From positions 40,464 to 104,463 of the forward strand of contig CALRWS020000012.1 in NCBI GenBank assembly GCA_943371935.1: a stretch of DNA of 64,000 bases, in the 5' to 3' direction. The notes under the pieces were generated by a model. That model worked only from the letters and a program-made list of their open reading frames with translations. It was not told where the DNA came from and did no database searches. The translations under genes and the position numbers were made by a program. Positions 22,559-40,042 of the stretch are shown here, piece after piece (position 1 is the stretch's first letter; each line of letters opens with the position of its first letter). Source of the stretch: Chitinophaga pinensis. Its GTDB lineage: Bacteria > Pseudomonadota > Gammaproteobacteria > Xanthomonadales > Xanthomonadaceae.

Positions 22559-23260
22559 ATGCGCCGCGCACACTTCGTTCTCGCAACCGCCCTCGCCGGT
22601 CTCATCGCATGCGGCCATGCGCTGGCGGGCGTCCTCGCCACACAGACATTGCCGACACCGCTGGCGCCGGACATGCCGAGCCGTCTGTCCATTCCGATGC
22701 CGCCCAACATCGATCCCAGCGCCCCGATCTGGGTGTCGTACCGCACGATGGCGCTATCGGCCGAAGCATCGCCGACCGGCGAGATCGTGCTCGACGGCAG
22801 TTTCGAAGGCGTCCCGACGCCGATCAACGCCTCCATCGTGAAATTCACGCCAGACTCGATGACCATTTCGACTTCGGCCGGAACGATCAAGCAGCAGTTC
22901 GAAGCCATGTACGGCCAACGGAGCCCGCAGGAGATGCAGACCCTGCTGGGCGCGGAACTCCATGCCGCGTATGAGGCGGTGAACGCGGGCACCGGACGCA
23001 TCCTCGACGGCACGGTCGTGAAAACCCTCCCTGCGCTGGGGACGAACGAGGGCGTTCTACTGGTCTCGGTGGAGCGCGCCAGCGGCATGCAGCCGGTCGG
23101 CATCATCGTTACCGTGGGCCAGGGCGATCCGCCGGCCGCAACCGCGCCTGCCGACGGCAATCCCGAATCGTCCATCGCCTACTGGATGGGACGGCTTTTC
23201 GGCGTGTTCCTGCTGCTGGGGCTGTTGTACTGGTTCTTCGTCGCGCGCCACAAGCGCTGA
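22559..23260 (+). CDS. Hypothetical exported protein with C-terminal membrane anchor
   Basis: Signal-like N-terminus, Pro-rich linker, C-terminal hydrophobic helix followed by RHKR. Confidence 0.65.
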   Translation: MRRAHFVLATALAGLIACGHALAGVLATQTLPTPLAPDMPSRLSIPMPPNIDPSAPIWVSYRTMALSAEASPTGEIVLDGSFEGVPTPINASIVKFTPDSMTISTSAGTIKQQFEAMYGQRSPQEMQTLLGAELHAAYEAVNAGTGRILDGTVVKTLPALGTNEGVLLVSVERASGMQPVGIIVTVGQGDPPAATAPADGNPESSIAYWMGRLFGVFLLLGLLYWFFVARHKR

Positions 23261-23282
23261 AGTTTCACCGCAAGATCCGGTA

Positions 23283-23315
23283 CGTCATCGACGGGATTTC
23301 TCCCCGTCGATGACG
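23283..23315. terminator. Bidirectional hairpin between convergent genes
   Basis: cgtcatcgacggg-atttctc-cccgtcgatgacg, 13-bp perfect stem. Confidence 0.6.
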
Positions 23316-23322
23316 CAGCGCA

Positions 23323-24225
<903 letters not shown>

Positions 24226-24254
24226 GGGGGCATTCCGTATGACATGTGCGGACA

Positions 24255-24286
24255 GGAAAAAGGCCAGAGAAACTCTGGCCTTTTCC
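24255..24286 (-). terminator. Terminator after ftsH
   Basis: ggaaaaaggccagag-aaa-ctctggccttttcc. Confidence 0.7.
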
Positions 24287-24342
24287 GATGTGCGAGGCAA
24301 GCGCCGCGCGGAACGATCAACTTGCGGGAGACGATCCCGCCG

Positions 24343-26250
<1,908 letters not shown>

Positions 26251-26312
26251 CCTTCGCTATCGCCCCGAGTGGGGACGCTTGTTTGGAAACACTGTACCCG
26301 TATTGCCCGCGG

Positions 26313-26948
26313 TCACCCGGCCGAGGCCGGGAGCCTGCCCTGGGCGAGGGCATACACTTCCGTCGATCGCTTGCGCGAGGCCGCCGGTTTGCGGATCACG
26401 ACACGGGCATAACGCTTGCGCAAGGCCCGGACGTAATCGTCGAATCCCACCCCTTGGAACAGCTTGATCAGGAAGGCGCCACCGGGTCGCAGATGGCGGT
26501 CGGCGAACTCCATCGCCAGCTCCGCCAGATGCATGGCCCGGGGCAGGTCCACGGCATCGACTCCGCTCATATTGGGGGCCATGTCGGAGAGCACAAGGTC
26601 CACGGCCTGCCCGTTCAGCATGGCCTCCAGCTGGGCAAGCACCTCGTCTTCGCGGAAATCGCCGTGGATGAAGTCCACCCCGGCCAGCGAAGGCATCTCG
26701 AGAATATCCAGGGCCACCACCCGGCCGCTGTCGCCCATCGATTGGCGGACCCACTGCGACCAGCCGCCGGGGGCGGCGCCCAGATCCACCACCACCATGC
26801 CCGGCTTGAGCAGCCGGTCGCGTTCGACCAGTTCTTCCAGCTTGTAGGCCGCCCGCGACCGCAGCCCTTCCGCCTGCGCCTTTTTGACGTAGGGGTCGGA
26901 GAAATGCTCTTTGAGCCAGCGTTGGCTGCTCTTGCTGCGGGTGGCCAT
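26313..26948 (-). CDS. rlmE: 23S rRNA Um2552 methyltransferase RlmE (FtsJ)
   Basis: [50 protein letters not shown]. Confidence 0.97.
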   Translation of the reverse strand: MATRSKSSQRWLKEHFSDPYVKKAQAEGLRSRAAYKLEELVERDRLLKPGMVVVDLGAAPGGWSQWVRQSMGDSGRVVALDILEMPSLAGVDFIHGDFREDEVLAQLEAMLNGQAVDLVLSDMAPNMSGVDAVDLPRAMHLAELAMEFADRHLRPGGAFLIKLFQGVGFDDYVRALRKRYARVVIRKPAASRKRSTEVYALAQGRLPASAG

Positions 26949-27080
26949 GGGGAAGAGGACGGAAGCGGGAGGCGGGAGGATGCAAAACCGGGAGAAGGCA
27001 GATCCGGAGGAATCGGGCCGGTTGCGGACCATGATACCCTGCGCGCCAGTCCCCGCCCGCTTTCCAAGACCCTGTCCCGC

Positions 27081-27386
27081 ATGTCGATCACGCTCAGCAA
27101 CGCCCAGAATCGCTTCCTCCGTGGCCAGGCCCACGGCCTGAAGGCGATGCTGCAGATCGGCGCCAAAGGTCTGACCGATGCGGTCGTCGCCGAGATCGAG
27201 AGCGCTCTGGAACACCACGAGCTGATCAAGGTGAAGGTTTCCGCCGAGGACCGCGACGCCCGCGACGCGATGGTGGCCGGTCTGGCGGAACGCTGCGGCG
27301 CGGCGCTGGTGCAGCGGATCGGCAACGTCGCCATCCTCTACCGTCCCAGCCAGGATCATCGCCAGATCGTGCTGCCGCGGGGCTGA
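27081..27386 (+). CDS. yhbY: CRM-domain RNA-binding protein YhbY
   Basis: LRGQAHGLK...QIGAKGL...HELIKVK...VQRIG; divergent from rlmE. Confidence 0.93.
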   Translation: MSITLSNAQNRFLRGQAHGLKAMLQIGAKGLTDAVVAEIESALEHHELIKVKVSAEDRDARDAMVAGLAERCGAALVQRIGNVAILYRPSQDHRQIVLPRG

Positions 27387-27445
27387 GACCCGCGATCCGG
27401 CGTCGACGGCCTACCGCTCTCAACCAAAGATCGTCGACAGCGTCC

Positions 27446-27820
27446 ATGCAACTCCACCTTGATCGTCCCGATCACGAATTCCTCCTCCGCGGCGCCGATG
27501 GCGCCGCAGCGCTGGTCAACGACCGCCGGCTCACCGCGAGTTTTGTGCTCGCGCCGAACACGCTGGTCGAAGGCTGGGCGGTCCGCGACGTGACCGCGAT
27601 GACGCCCGCCGACCTGGAGCCGCTGCTCGCGCTGCAGCCGGAAGTGATCCTGCTGGGCTGCGGCGCCACCCAGACCTTCCCGCCGGCCGCCACGCTGGCG
27701 GCGTGTCTGTCGCGCGGTATCGGTTTGGAAACCATGACCAACGCCGCCGCCGCGCGCACGTTCAACGTGCTGGCCAGCGAAAGCCGGCGCGTGGTCGCGG
27801 GTTTCGTACTGAACGGCTGA
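27446..27820 (+). CDS. Mth938-like (DUF498) protein
   Basis: PEVILLGCG...GIGLETMTNAAAARTFNVLASESRRV. Confidence 0.9.
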   Translation: MQLHLDRPDHEFLLRGADGAAALVNDRRLTASFVLAPNTLVEGWAVRDVTAMTPADLEPLLALQPEVILLGCGATQTFPPAATLAACLSRGIGLETMTNAAAARTFNVLASESRRVVAGFVLNG

Positions 27821-27842
27821 GGGTTTCCCCGGCGTGTCGCGC

Positions 27843-28457
27843 ATGCCGAAAGCCGCTGTGATCGCATTGCTGGCGCTGCTGACGGCCTGCAACGCGGAAT
27901 CGCCTCCGCTGCTGTCGCCACCATCTCCCGAAGCGCGATACGAGGCCTGGCTCGCCGCCGGCCATCGCGCCGAAGTACAGGTGTATGCGAACGAATTGCG
28001 AAGACATCAGGTTGGCGATGTAGTGCCGATGGCCGCGTTGTCGCGCACGTCGCGACGCTGGCGACTTTGCCGGCACGACGAATTCGCGACGCCACCCGAA
28101 GACCTCCGGAAAAACATGCCGCCGACCCTGCGCGTGGTGGCGCGACTGCGCGACGCCGGCATCCTCGACCCGGCGCTGGCACGGTCGGTCTATCGCGATG
28201 CGGCCGTCAACCGCTGCGCCGGCGGCAGCGCGCGCAGCAAGCATCGCGAAAACCGCGCGATCGATTTCGATCTGGCGTCGAATCCGGAGAATGTCGAGCG
28301 GCTCTGCGCGTTCTGGCGCGAACACGGACCGGCTCTGGATCTGGGACTCGGCTTCTACACGCCGACCGCGATCCACCTCGACACCGCCGGCTTCCGCACC
28401 TGGGGCAGCGATCATCGCCGCGGCACGTCGCTGTGCGTCCAACGGAGGCTCTTGTAG
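27843..28457 (+). CDS. Peptidase M15 (D-Ala-D-Ala Zn-metallopeptidase family) lipoprotein
   Basis: Lipobox LTAC; SxH-x6-D (SKHRENRAID) and IHLD zinc motifs. Confidence 0.8.
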   Translation: MPKAAVIALLALLTACNAESPPLLSPPSPEARYEAWLAAGHRAEVQVYANELRRHQVGDVVPMAALSRTSRRWRLCRHDEFATPPEDLRKNMPPTLRVVARLRDAGILDPALARSVYRDAAVNRCAGGSARSKHRENRAIDFDLASNPENVERLCAFWREHGPALDLGLGFYTPTAIHLDTAGFRTWGSDHRRGTSLCVQRRLL

Positions 28458-28527
28458 GAGCGGCGGAAGCCGCGATGGGTCACAGAAGTTGCTATCGCAG
28501 CCTGTCGCGACTTCCGTCGCCCCTACA
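28453..28527. repeat. GTAG-family REP doublet; its GTAG supplies the M15 stop codon
   Basis: TGTAGGAGCGGCGGAAGCCGCGA ... TCGCGACTTCCGTCGCCCCTACA; TAG at 28455-57. Confidence 0.85.
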
Positions 28528-28568
28528 GGGCATTCGGGCGGCTCGCTGAAGCCACCCTCTGCGGCAGG

Positions 28569-29435
28569 TCACCGCTTCGGCAGCGCCAACAGCGGGTCCT
28601 GCGGTTTGCCGTTGTAACGAATCTCGAAATGCAGCATGTCGCGCGAGGCGCCGCTGCGGCCCATCTCGGCGATCTGGTCGCCGGCTTTCACGCGCTGGCC
28701 TTCGTTGACCAGACGCGCGCGGTTGTGGCCGTAGGCCGACAGCCATTGCTCGTCGTGTTTGACGATGATGAGTTCGCCGTAGCCGACCAGGCCGGCGCCG
28801 GAATACACCACCACGCCGTCGGCGGCGGCGCGTACCGGAGCGCCGCTCTTGCCGGCGATATCGATGCCCTGTCGGGTCGGATCGCCCGCGGCGAAGCGGG
28901 CGACGATGGCGCCGTCGGCCGGCCAGCGCCAGACGAAGGCGGCGCTCGCCGACGGCGGAGGCGGTTGCGTTGGCGGTCTGGACGGCGTGACGACGGGTGG
29001 CGTCGTCGTGGGCGGCGTGCCTGTCGGCGGGCGCGTCGCAGGCGGCTTCGTCGGAGTGCCGGCGACCGGCGGCGGATCGTTCCGTCGCGGCGGATCAGTG
29101 CGCCGCGCATCGGGCGGCGTCAGACGCAGGCGCCGGCCGGGATAGATCGTGTACGGCGGCGGGATGCGGTTCCACATCGCCAGATCCAGCGGGCTGACCC
29201 CGTGCGTGGTCGCGATCCGGTACAGCGTGTCGCCCTTGCGGACCAGTGCGGTGGACCCCGGCTTCGGCGGCGGCACCTGGCGCGTCGCAGGCGGCTTGCC
29301 GCGGGTCGTCGTGCGCACGACGGTCGTGCTGGCGCAGGCCGCCAACAGCGCCGACACCAGCAGACAGACGAAGATCCGCAAAGCCGTCCGCGCCGGGCGG
29401 CGGGCATCGTCGGATCGCATGGTTCGTATCGTCAT
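28569..29435 (-). CDS. nlpD: LysM + M23 lipoprotein NlpD
   Basis: Lipobox LAAC, LysM (VRKGDTLYRIA), Pro/Thr linker, degenerate M23 (QGIDI, AYGHN, LHFEIR). Confidence 0.9.
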   Translation of the reverse strand: MTIRTMRSDDARRPARTALRIFVCLLVSALLAACASTTVVRTTTRGKPPATRQVPPPKPGSTALVRKGDTLYRIATTHGVSPLDLAMWNRIPPPYTIYPGRRLRLTPPDARRTDPPRRNDPPPVAGTPTKPPATRPPTGTPPTTTPPVVTPSRPPTQPPPPSASAAFVWRWPADGAIVARFAAGDPTRQGIDIAGKSGAPVRAAADGVVVYSGAGLVGYGELIIVKHDEQWLSAYGHNRARLVNEGQRVKAGDQIAEMGRSGASRDMLHFEIRYNGKPQDPLLALPKR

Positions 29436-29445
29436 CGCGTGCGCC

Positions 29446-30099
29446 TCAACCGCCGAACCGCTGGAACAGCTCGCGCACCGCCAGACCGCCGCCGCCGATC
29501 AGCACGCTGAAATAGACGATGGTGCCGATATTCGCCAGATGCCCCAGCAGCACCGCCACCCCATCGCGCTGGATGAAGCCGATCGCGTACAGCAGCAGCG
29601 CCAGGGCCGGCAGCGTATTGCTGAAGGGGACGAGGCCGAACGGCGCCATCAGCAGGATCGCGGCCAGGATGAACGCGAGATTGTTGAACACGTCCACGAC
29701 GCGTCCATCCACCAGCACGCGCACGCGATGCGGACGGCTGATCTTCTCCAGCCGGCGCACCCACAGCAGTCCGGAAGTCAGCCCCGGGCGCAATTTGTCG
29801 GCGGGCAGCGCCTTGCTGCGCAGGCGTGCCGGCAGCCACAGCGGCCGGCCGATCAGCCGGCTGATGCCCACCAGCAGGATCGCCGCGCCGAACACGGTGC
29901 TGACGCCGGGGATCGACACCGGGATCAGGAAGATCAGGGTCAACAGGATCGTCAGCAGCAGCAAACCTTCGTCGCTGAAGACATCCAGCAGTTCCTGCAG
30001 ACTCATGGCGTCCGCAGGCAGGCTGTCGATGATGCCGGCGAGCTGTTCGCCGAGCGAGCCGCTCCGGCTGGTCGCATCGACATGGGGCGTGTGCGCCAT
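29446..30099 (-). CDS. ExoD-family membrane protein
   Basis: LLLLTILLTLIFLIPVSIPGVSTVFG...LWLPARL...PFGLVPFSNTLPALA...RDG. Confidence 0.85.
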   Translation of the reverse strand: MAHTPHVDATSRSGSLGEQLAGIIDSLPADAMSLQELLDVFSDEGLLLLTILLTLIFLIPVSIPGVSTVFGAAILLVGISRLIGRPLWLPARLRSKALPADKLRPGLTSGLLWVRRLEKISRPHRVRVLVDGRVVDVFNNLAFILAAILLMAPFGLVPFSNTLPALALLLYAIGFIQRDGVAVLLGHLANIGTIVYFSVLIGGGGLAVRELFQRFGG

Positions 30100-30103
30100 A
30101 CCC

Positions 30104-30802
30104 TCAGTCCACCATGCCGGAGAGCAGCGGCACGAACACCACCGGCGCCAGATCGGTACGTTCGATATTGCCGTCCGCATCCTTGCGCAGCTTGATCAGC
30201 GACTGCCCGCCGCTGCCGCCGACCGGCGCGATGAGCGTGCCGCCGACCGCGAGCTGTTCGGTCAGCGCGTCGACGAGCGCCGGCGCCGCGGCGGTGACGA
30301 TGATGGCGTCGAACGGACCGTTCTCAGGCCAGCCGATGCGGCCGTCGTCGTGTTTGCTGCGGATATTCAGGCCGAGCGTGCGGAAACGCTTGCGCGCGGT
30401 GCGCAGCAGGTCGCCGATGCGTTCGACGGTATGCACTTCCAGCCCCAGCGCCGCCAGGATCGCGGCCTGATAGCCCGAACCGGTGCCGATCTCCAGCACC
30501 TTCTTCGGCGCGACGCCGTCCTCGAACAGCGCTTCGGTCATCCGCGCGACCACCCACGGCTGCGAGATGGTCTGGCCGTGGCCGATGGGCAGCGCGTTGT
30601 CCTCGTAGGCGCGCGCGGCCAGGGCTTCATCGACGAACAAATGCCGCGGCACGGTGCGGACGGCGTTGAGCACGTTCTCATCCTGGATCGCGCGGCTGCC
30701 GGGCGTGCCTTCGCGCAGGCGCTCGATCAGGCGGTCGCGCACGCGCTGCGAGGTCATGCCCATGCCGATGGCCTCGGGCTGCAGGCGCATGCGCGCGGTC
30801 AT
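30104..30802 (-). CDS. pcm: Protein-L-isoaspartate O-methyltransferase
   Basis: [38 protein letters not shown]. Confidence 0.97.
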   Translation of the reverse strand: MTARMRLQPEAIGMGMTSQRVRDRLIERLREGTPGSRAIQDENVLNAVRTVPRHLFVDEALAARAYEDNALPIGHGQTISQPWVVARMTEALFEDGVAPKKVLEIGTGSGYQAAILAALGLEVHTVERIGDLLRTARKRFRTLGLNIRSKHDDGRIGWPENGPFDAIIVTAAAPALVDALTEQLAVGGTLIAPVGGSGGQSLIKLRKDADGNIERTDLAPVVFVPLLSGMVD

Positions 30803-31599
30803 GCCGCGTCTCCGCCGGTGGACGCATCGCCGCCGAGCGCGGCGGCGAGTCCGCCGACCCAGCTCGCGACGTGGTCGAGCGCCTGGTAGCGGGTCAGATC
30901 GACATGGATCGGGGTGATCGAGATGCAGCCGCGACGCACCGCGTCGAAATCGGTGCCCGGGCCGGCGTCCTGCTCGGCGCCGGCGGCGCCGATCCACCAC
31001 CACTGGCGGCCGCGCGGATCTTCCTGCTGGGTGCAGGCTTCGGCGCGGTGGCGGTTGCCCAGGCGCGTGACTTCGAAGCCGGCGATCTCGTGCCACGGCA
31101 GATCGGGCACGTTGACGTTGAGGATGGTGTCGGCCGGCAGCGGATCGGCGCGCAGGCGGGCGACGATCTCGACCGCGGCGCGCGCGGCGGTCTCGTAATG
31201 CAGGCCATTGTGATCCGCCGTGACCAGCGACACCGCGACTGCGGGCAGGCCGAGAAAGCGGCCCTCCATCGCCGCGGCGACGGTGCCGGAATAGATGACA
31301 TCGTCGCCGAGGTTCGCGGTGTTGTTGATGCCGGAGACGACGATGTCGGGTTCCTGCTCCAGCATGCCGGTAATGGCGACGTGGACGCAGTCGGTGGGCG
31401 TGCCGTGGACGCGCCACGTCGTGTCGTCCTGGCGTACCACGCGGATCGGCATGTCGAGGGTCAGCGAATTGCTGGCCCCGGAGCGGTCGCGGTCGGGAGC
31501 GACCACCAGCACCTCGTGCCCGGCTTCGCGCAGACCCGCGGCGAGGACGCGGATGCCGGGGGCGTCGACGCCGTCGTCGTTGCTGACCAGGATGCGCAT
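30799..31599 (-). CDS. surE: 5'/3'-nucleotidase SurE
   Basis: [40 protein letters not shown]. Confidence 0.98.
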   Translation of the reverse strand: MRILVSNDDGVDAPGIRVLAAGLREAGHEVLVVAPDRDRSGASNSLTLDMPIRVVRQDDTTWRVHGTPTDCVHVAITGMLEQEPDIVVSGINNTANLGDDVIYSGTVAAAMEGRFLGLPAVAVSLVTADHNGLHYETAARAAVEIVARLRADPLPADTILNVNVPDLPWHEIAGFEVTRLGNRHRAEACTQQEDPRGRQWWWIGAAGAEQDAGPGTDFDAVRRGCISITPIHVDLTRYQALDHVASWVGGLAAALGGDASTGGDAA

Positions 31600-31710
31600 G
31601 GGTTCGGAGATTCGCCTTGTCGCGGAGGAAGTCCCGGCCATGATACCGGAACCCTCCGTCCGATCCGCGACAGCGCGCCGCGTCGCAGGTCCCTGCTAAC
31701 CTCGACCGCG

Positions 31711-32283
31711 ATGAGCGCCCGCAACGACCGCCCCGACGACAGCGAAGACGACGCCGACGATGCGACGCTGTTCCGCGCGGCCATCGGTCCGGTGCGCGAA
31801 CTGCCGGCGGCGCCGATCGCGCCGCAGAAACCGCGACCCAGGCCGCAGGCGCGCATGCGGGACCGCGACGAGGCCGACGCGCGCAGCGAATTCCAGCGCG
31901 CGCTGGACGCGACGCCGCTGCTGGCCGGCGATGTCTCCAGCTATCGCCGCGACAACGTGCCCAAGGGCGTGCTGCAGCGGCTGGCGCGCGGCGAATACGC
32001 GGCCCAGGACGAACTGGACCTGCACCATGTCACCGCCGCCACCGCCGAGGCGATGCTGCGCCGGTTCATGAAGGAATCGTTCGACAACGGCATGGGCTGC
32101 GTGCGGGTGATCCACGGCAAGGGCCTGAACTCGCCCGATGGCGTGCCGACGATCAAGAACCTGGTCGACCGCGTGCTGCGCCAGCGCAGCGACGTGCTGG
32201 CCTTCCACTCGGCGCCGCCCGCGCAGGGAGGCACCGGCGCGGTGCTGGTGCTGGTGGGAAAACCGCGGCCCGCGCGGAACTGA
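31711..32283 (+). CDS. Smr-domain protein
   Basis: [22 protein letters not shown]. Confidence 0.92.
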   Translation: MSARNDRPDDSEDDADDATLFRAAIGPVRELPAAPIAPQKPRPRPQARMRDRDEADARSEFQRALDATPLLAGDVSSYRRDNVPKGVLQRLARGEYAAQDELDLHHVTAATAEAMLRRFMKESFDNGMGCVRVIHGKGLNSPDGVPTIKNLVDRVLRQRSDVLAFHSAPPAQGGTGAVLVLVGKPRPARN

Positions 32284-32339
32284 CGAGATCCCGCGTCATT
32301 CGCACCATGCAGGCGCCAAGCGAAAGCGCCGACCCGCGA

Positions 32340-32585
32340 TCACTGCCGATCGACGTGACGCTTCACCGGCTTGTTGACCCAGCGCACGGTCACACCGCGG
32401 CGGCGAGCGACGCTCTGCACGTAGGCCACGTATTCGGCGTTTTCCTCGATGCGCGGCTCGTAGGTGGAACCGGACGTCACCGGCTCGGCAACCGGGACGT
32501 AGCGGGCGGAACTGTCCGTGGTCCGACAGCCCGGTAGCGACACGGCGGCGGCGAGGACGAGGAGCGAACACAGTTTGACGTTCAT
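32340..32585 (-). CDS. Small lipoprotein
   Basis: Lipobox LPGC; YVAYVQSVARRRGVTVRWVNKP; lies between truD and the Smr gene. Confidence 0.75.
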   Translation of the reverse strand: MNVKLCSLLVLAAAVSLPGCRTTDSSARYVPVAEPVTSGSTYEPRIEENAEYVAYVQSVARRRGVTVRWVNKPVKRHVDRQ

Positions 32586-32715
32586 GGAAGACCTCCGGGA
32601 CGACGACTGCGACGCGCCCGGCGGTTACGGGAATCCTGCAGGGCGTTCAATCGGCTTATACGCCTGCGCCGGCAGAGCGGCTTTACGCGGCATGTTTTTC
32701 CGATGAACGGTCGAT

Positions 32716-33756
32716 TCAGTGCCCGGCCGCCGTGCCCACGACCGTCCCGAGTTCGGCCAGCACCGTGGTGGCGTAGCAGCCGGCCGGCAGCGAAAACCGC
32801 AGGCGCAGCACGCCCGGTTCGGGCCAATCGAAGTCCAGCCCCTCCGGCCGCAGCCGCAGCGCCCGCCGTTCCTGATCCATGCCCGCGCGCTCCAGGCCAT
32901 CGCGAAGCGCACGAAGATGTTCGTCGTCAAGCGTCGCAAGCTCCAGCGCCCGCGCGTCCGCCTGCGTGCGCAGCTCGCCGCGGCCCCACAGCGGGCCGCT
33001 GGGATGGATATCGAACCGCGCCAGTCGCTCCGCCAGCACATCGTTCCACGGCTCCGGCCCAAACACGCTGCGGCTGCCGTCGAGCACCCAGACTTCACCG
33101 TCCAGGCCGGTGTCCCAGCACGACGCCGCGACCCGCGCAGCGAGCACGCGGTTGAACAGTTCCGAGCGCGCGGCCGACAGCAGATGGCCGCGCTCCTCGC
33201 GCGCCACGCGGCGGCCGGCGAACATCGACAGCGCCTTCGACACGTTGTCGCCGCCGCGCCCGAAGCGCTGTTCGCCGAAATAGTTCGGCACGCCGCGTTC
33301 GGCGATCGCGTTCAAACGGGCTTCGATCGCAGCGGTATCGCCTTCCACCTCGCGCAGGGTCAGCGCGAAACGGTTGCCTGCCAGCGCGCCGCGCGGCAGC
33401 TTGCGCGAATGCCAGGCGTGTTCGAGGACGCGAAGATCCTCCGACTGCAGCGTGTCGATGTCGGGCGCGATCTTCTTCGGAATCCACACGCTGAAGCGCT
33501 GCCGCGTCAGCGCATGGCGATCCTTGAGACCGGCGTAACCGATCGCCGATTCGGCGACGCCCGCCCAGGCCGCGATGCGCTTGGCCGCGAACGCGGTGTT
33601 CATGCCGCGCTTCTCGACCGTCAGCAGCAGATGCTCGCCCGCGCCGCTGGCCACGAACGCGTCGATCTCATCGACCGCGAAATCCTCGGGCACGCTGCGG
33701 ATGCGCGCCGTCAACGCCGCTTCGCCGTGCGCGCGCGCCGGCAACGCATCGTTCAT
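32716..33756 (-). CDS. truD: tRNA pseudouridine(13) synthase
   Basis: [44 protein letters not shown]. Confidence 0.97.
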   Translation of the reverse strand: MNDALPARAHGEAALTARIRSVPEDFAVDEIDAFVASGAGEHLLLTVEKRGMNTAFAAKRIAAWAGVAESAIGYAGLKDRHALTRQRFSVWIPKKIAPDIDTLQSEDLRVLEHAWHSRKLPRGALAGNRFALTLREVEGDTAAIEARLNAIAERGVPNYFGEQRFGRGGDNVSKALSMFAGRRVAREERGHLLSAARSELFNRVLAARVAASCWDTGLDGEVWVLDGSRSVFGPEPWNDVLAERLARFDIHPSGPLWGRGELRTQADARALELATLDDEHLRALRDGLERAGMDQERRALRLRPEGLDFDWPEPGVLRLRFSLPAGCYATTVLAELGTVVGTAAGH

Positions 33757-33769
33757 GCGCCGACCGCGC

Positions 33770-34252
33770 TCATGTCCTGACCAGAAGACAGACCGCCTGC
33801 GCGGCGATGCCTTCGCCGCGCCCGGTGAATCCCAGGGTTTCGGTGGTGGTGGCCTTGACGCTGACCGCATCGAGTTCGATGCCCAGATCCAGCGCGATGA
33901 TCCGGCGCATCGCTTCCGCATGCGGGCCGATTTTGGGCCGTTCGCAGATCACGGTGATGTCGACATTGCCGGCCATCCAGCCGCGATGGCGGATCAGGTG
34001 ATCGCAATGACGCAGGAACGCGCGACTGTCGGCGTCCTTCCATTGCGGATCGGACGGCGGGAAATGCCGGCCGATATCGCCCAGCGCCAGCGCGCCGAGC
34101 AGCGCGTCGCAGAGCGCATGCAGCACCACATCGCCGTCGCTGTGGGCGACGATGCCGCGATCGTGCGCGATGCGCACGCCGCCGAGCATGACGTGGTCGC
34201 CGTCGCCGAAGGCGTGGACGTCGAAGCCTTGGCCGATGCGGAATGGGGTCAT
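33770..34252 (-). CDS. ispF: MEcPP synthase
   Basis: [35 protein letters not shown]. Confidence 0.98.
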   Translation of the reverse strand: MTPFRIGQGFDVHAFGDGDHVMLGGVRIAHDRGIVAHSDGDVVLHALCDALLGALALGDIGRHFPPSDPQWKDADSRAFLRHCDHLIRHRGWMAGNVDITVICERPKIGPHAEAMRRIIALDLGIELDAVSVKATTTETLGFTGRGEGIAAQAVCLLVRT

Positions 34253-34307
34253 CGCTCTCTTCACCTATTGATCGAAACGCAAAATGCAACCGGACCTTGC
34301 TTACCGT

Positions 34308-34395
34308 TGTCATCCCGAGCGCAGCGAGGGACCTGCTGCTGTACACCATGTGGAAAACGCAAAAAAGCAGGTCCCTCGCTGCGCTCGGGATGACA
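34308..34395. repeat. (C/T)GTC-tagged palindromic repeat doublet
   Basis: Perfect 30-bp inverted arms TGTCATCCCGAGCGCAGCGAGGGACCTGCT (34308-37) and its reverse complement (34366-95), 28-bp spacer. Confidence 0.9.
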
Positions 34396-34420
34396 TCTCT
34401 GGATCATCTAACCCACAGAT

Positions 34421-35143
34421 TCACCGTCGCGCCAGCATGAACTCGAACCGCGCCAGATCCGCCGGCGTGGTGATCTTGAAGTTGTCTTCGCTGCACTCGA
34501 CCAGCAGCGGGCGCAGGCCCTGGCGCTCCATCGCCATCGATTCGTCGGTGATCGCGATGCCTGCCGCATGCGCGGCGGCGAGCGCGCGGCTCAGCTGCAT
34601 GCGCCGGAACAGCTGCGGCGTGAATGCGCGCCACAGGCGCTCGCGCGGTTCGGTGCGGTCGATGCCGCCATCGTCGCCGGCGCGCTTGAGCGTGTCGCGC
34701 ACCGGCGCGGCCAGGATCGCGCCGACCGGATCGCCCATGCCGACTTCCAGCAATCGGTCAAGATCGCCGTGCGAGAGATTGGGGCGCGCGGCGTCGTGAA
34801 CCAGCACGAATTCGTCGGCGCGCACCGATTCGGGCAGTGCGTCGAGACCCGCCAGCACCGAGTCCGCGCGTTCGGCGCCGCCGATGCAGGTCATCAGCGG
34901 TTTGCCCTCGATCGAGACAGCGGCGTGCGCGAAGAAATCGGCCCAGCGATCGTCGTCCCCGGCCAGCACCACCATCACACCGGCGATCGAAGGATGCGCC
35001 AGCAGCGCGTCGAGGGTGTGGGCGATCAACGGCCGGCCGGCGACGTCGAGATACTGCTTCGGCATGGCTGCGCCGAAGCGCGTTCCGCGGCCGGCGGCCG
35101 GTACCACGGCCCACAGCCTGCCGCGGATCGGATCCGGAATCAT
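34421..35143 (-). CDS. ispD: MEP cytidylyltransferase
   Basis: [39 protein letters not shown]. Confidence 0.97.
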   Translation of the reverse strand: MIPDPIRGRLWAVVPAAGRGTRFGAAMPKQYLDVAGRPLIAHTLDALLAHPSIAGVMVVLAGDDDRWADFFAHAAVSIEGKPLMTCIGGAERADSVLAGLDALPESVRADEFVLVHDAARPNLSHGDLDRLLEVGMGDPVGAILAAPVRDTLKRAGDDGGIDRTEPRERLWRAFTPQLFRRMQLSRALAAAHAAGIAITDESMAMERQGLRPLLVECSEDNFKITTPADLARFEFMLARR

Positions 35144-35496
35144 GGCGCGTCGCCTTCGTCCAGCGGCGCATCGATCGGCTGCGCGTCGGCATCGGCCGGC
35201 GCAGAGGGTTCGACCACGCGATAGAAGGTTTCGCCGGGCTTGATCATCCCCAGTTCGCTGCGCGCGCGCTCCTCGGCGGCGGCCTCGCCCGATTTCAGGT
35301 TCTCCACTTCCGCCGCCAGCTGTTCGTTGCGCTGGCGCAGGCCGCGGTTTTCCACGACCTGACGATCGACCTTGTCCTGCAGCCCTCCGGCGGCGGATGC
35401 GCCGCCTTCGCCGAACCACAGCCTGTACTGCAGCCACCCCAGCAGCGCCAGGAGCAGCAATGCCAGCAATCGCAGCGTCCGCGTCGCGTCCGTCAT
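35140..35496 (-). CDS. ftsB: Cell division protein FtsB
   Basis: [12 protein letters not shown], coiled coil, [18 protein letters not shown]. Confidence 0.95.
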   Translation of the reverse strand: MTDATRTLRLLALLLLALLGWLQYRLWFGEGGASAAGGLQDKVDRQVVENRGLRQRNEQLAAEVENLKSGEAAAEERARSELGMIKPGETFYRVVEPSAPADADAQPIDAPLDEGDAP

Positions 35497-35518
35497 CGAG
35501 GCCGTCATCGAGGCCGCA

Positions 35519-39864
<4,346 letters not shown>

Positions 39865-39920
39865 CTACCGGGATGCAGGCGCCGAGGCGACCCGCCGCGC
39901 GCAAGAATCTGATTTCTCTG

Positions 39921-39952
39921 GAAAAAACAACGCCCCGGCATTGCCGGGGCGT
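39921..39952 (-). terminator. Intrinsic terminator
   Basis: acgccccggc-att-gccggggcgt, followed on the minus strand by a T-run. Confidence 0.7.
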
Positions 39953-39982
39953 CGATGGCTGCGAAACCGGGGAAGCGACGGT

Positions 39983-40042
39983 TTCGGAAGAGGCGGCTTC
40001 GGGAGAGGCCGCTTCGGAAGAGCATGCTTCAAAAGAGCATGC
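39983..40042. repeat. Tandem 15-bp repeat x4
   Basis: ttcggaagaggcggc / ttcgggagaggccgc / ttcggaagagcatgc / ttcaaaagagcatgc. Confidence 0.85.

Noticed and set aside
39983-40042. Possible mini-CRISPR (also considered at 55956 and 62987)
   Set aside because: Units are contiguous 12-15 bp repeats with no unique spacers, and there are no cas genes
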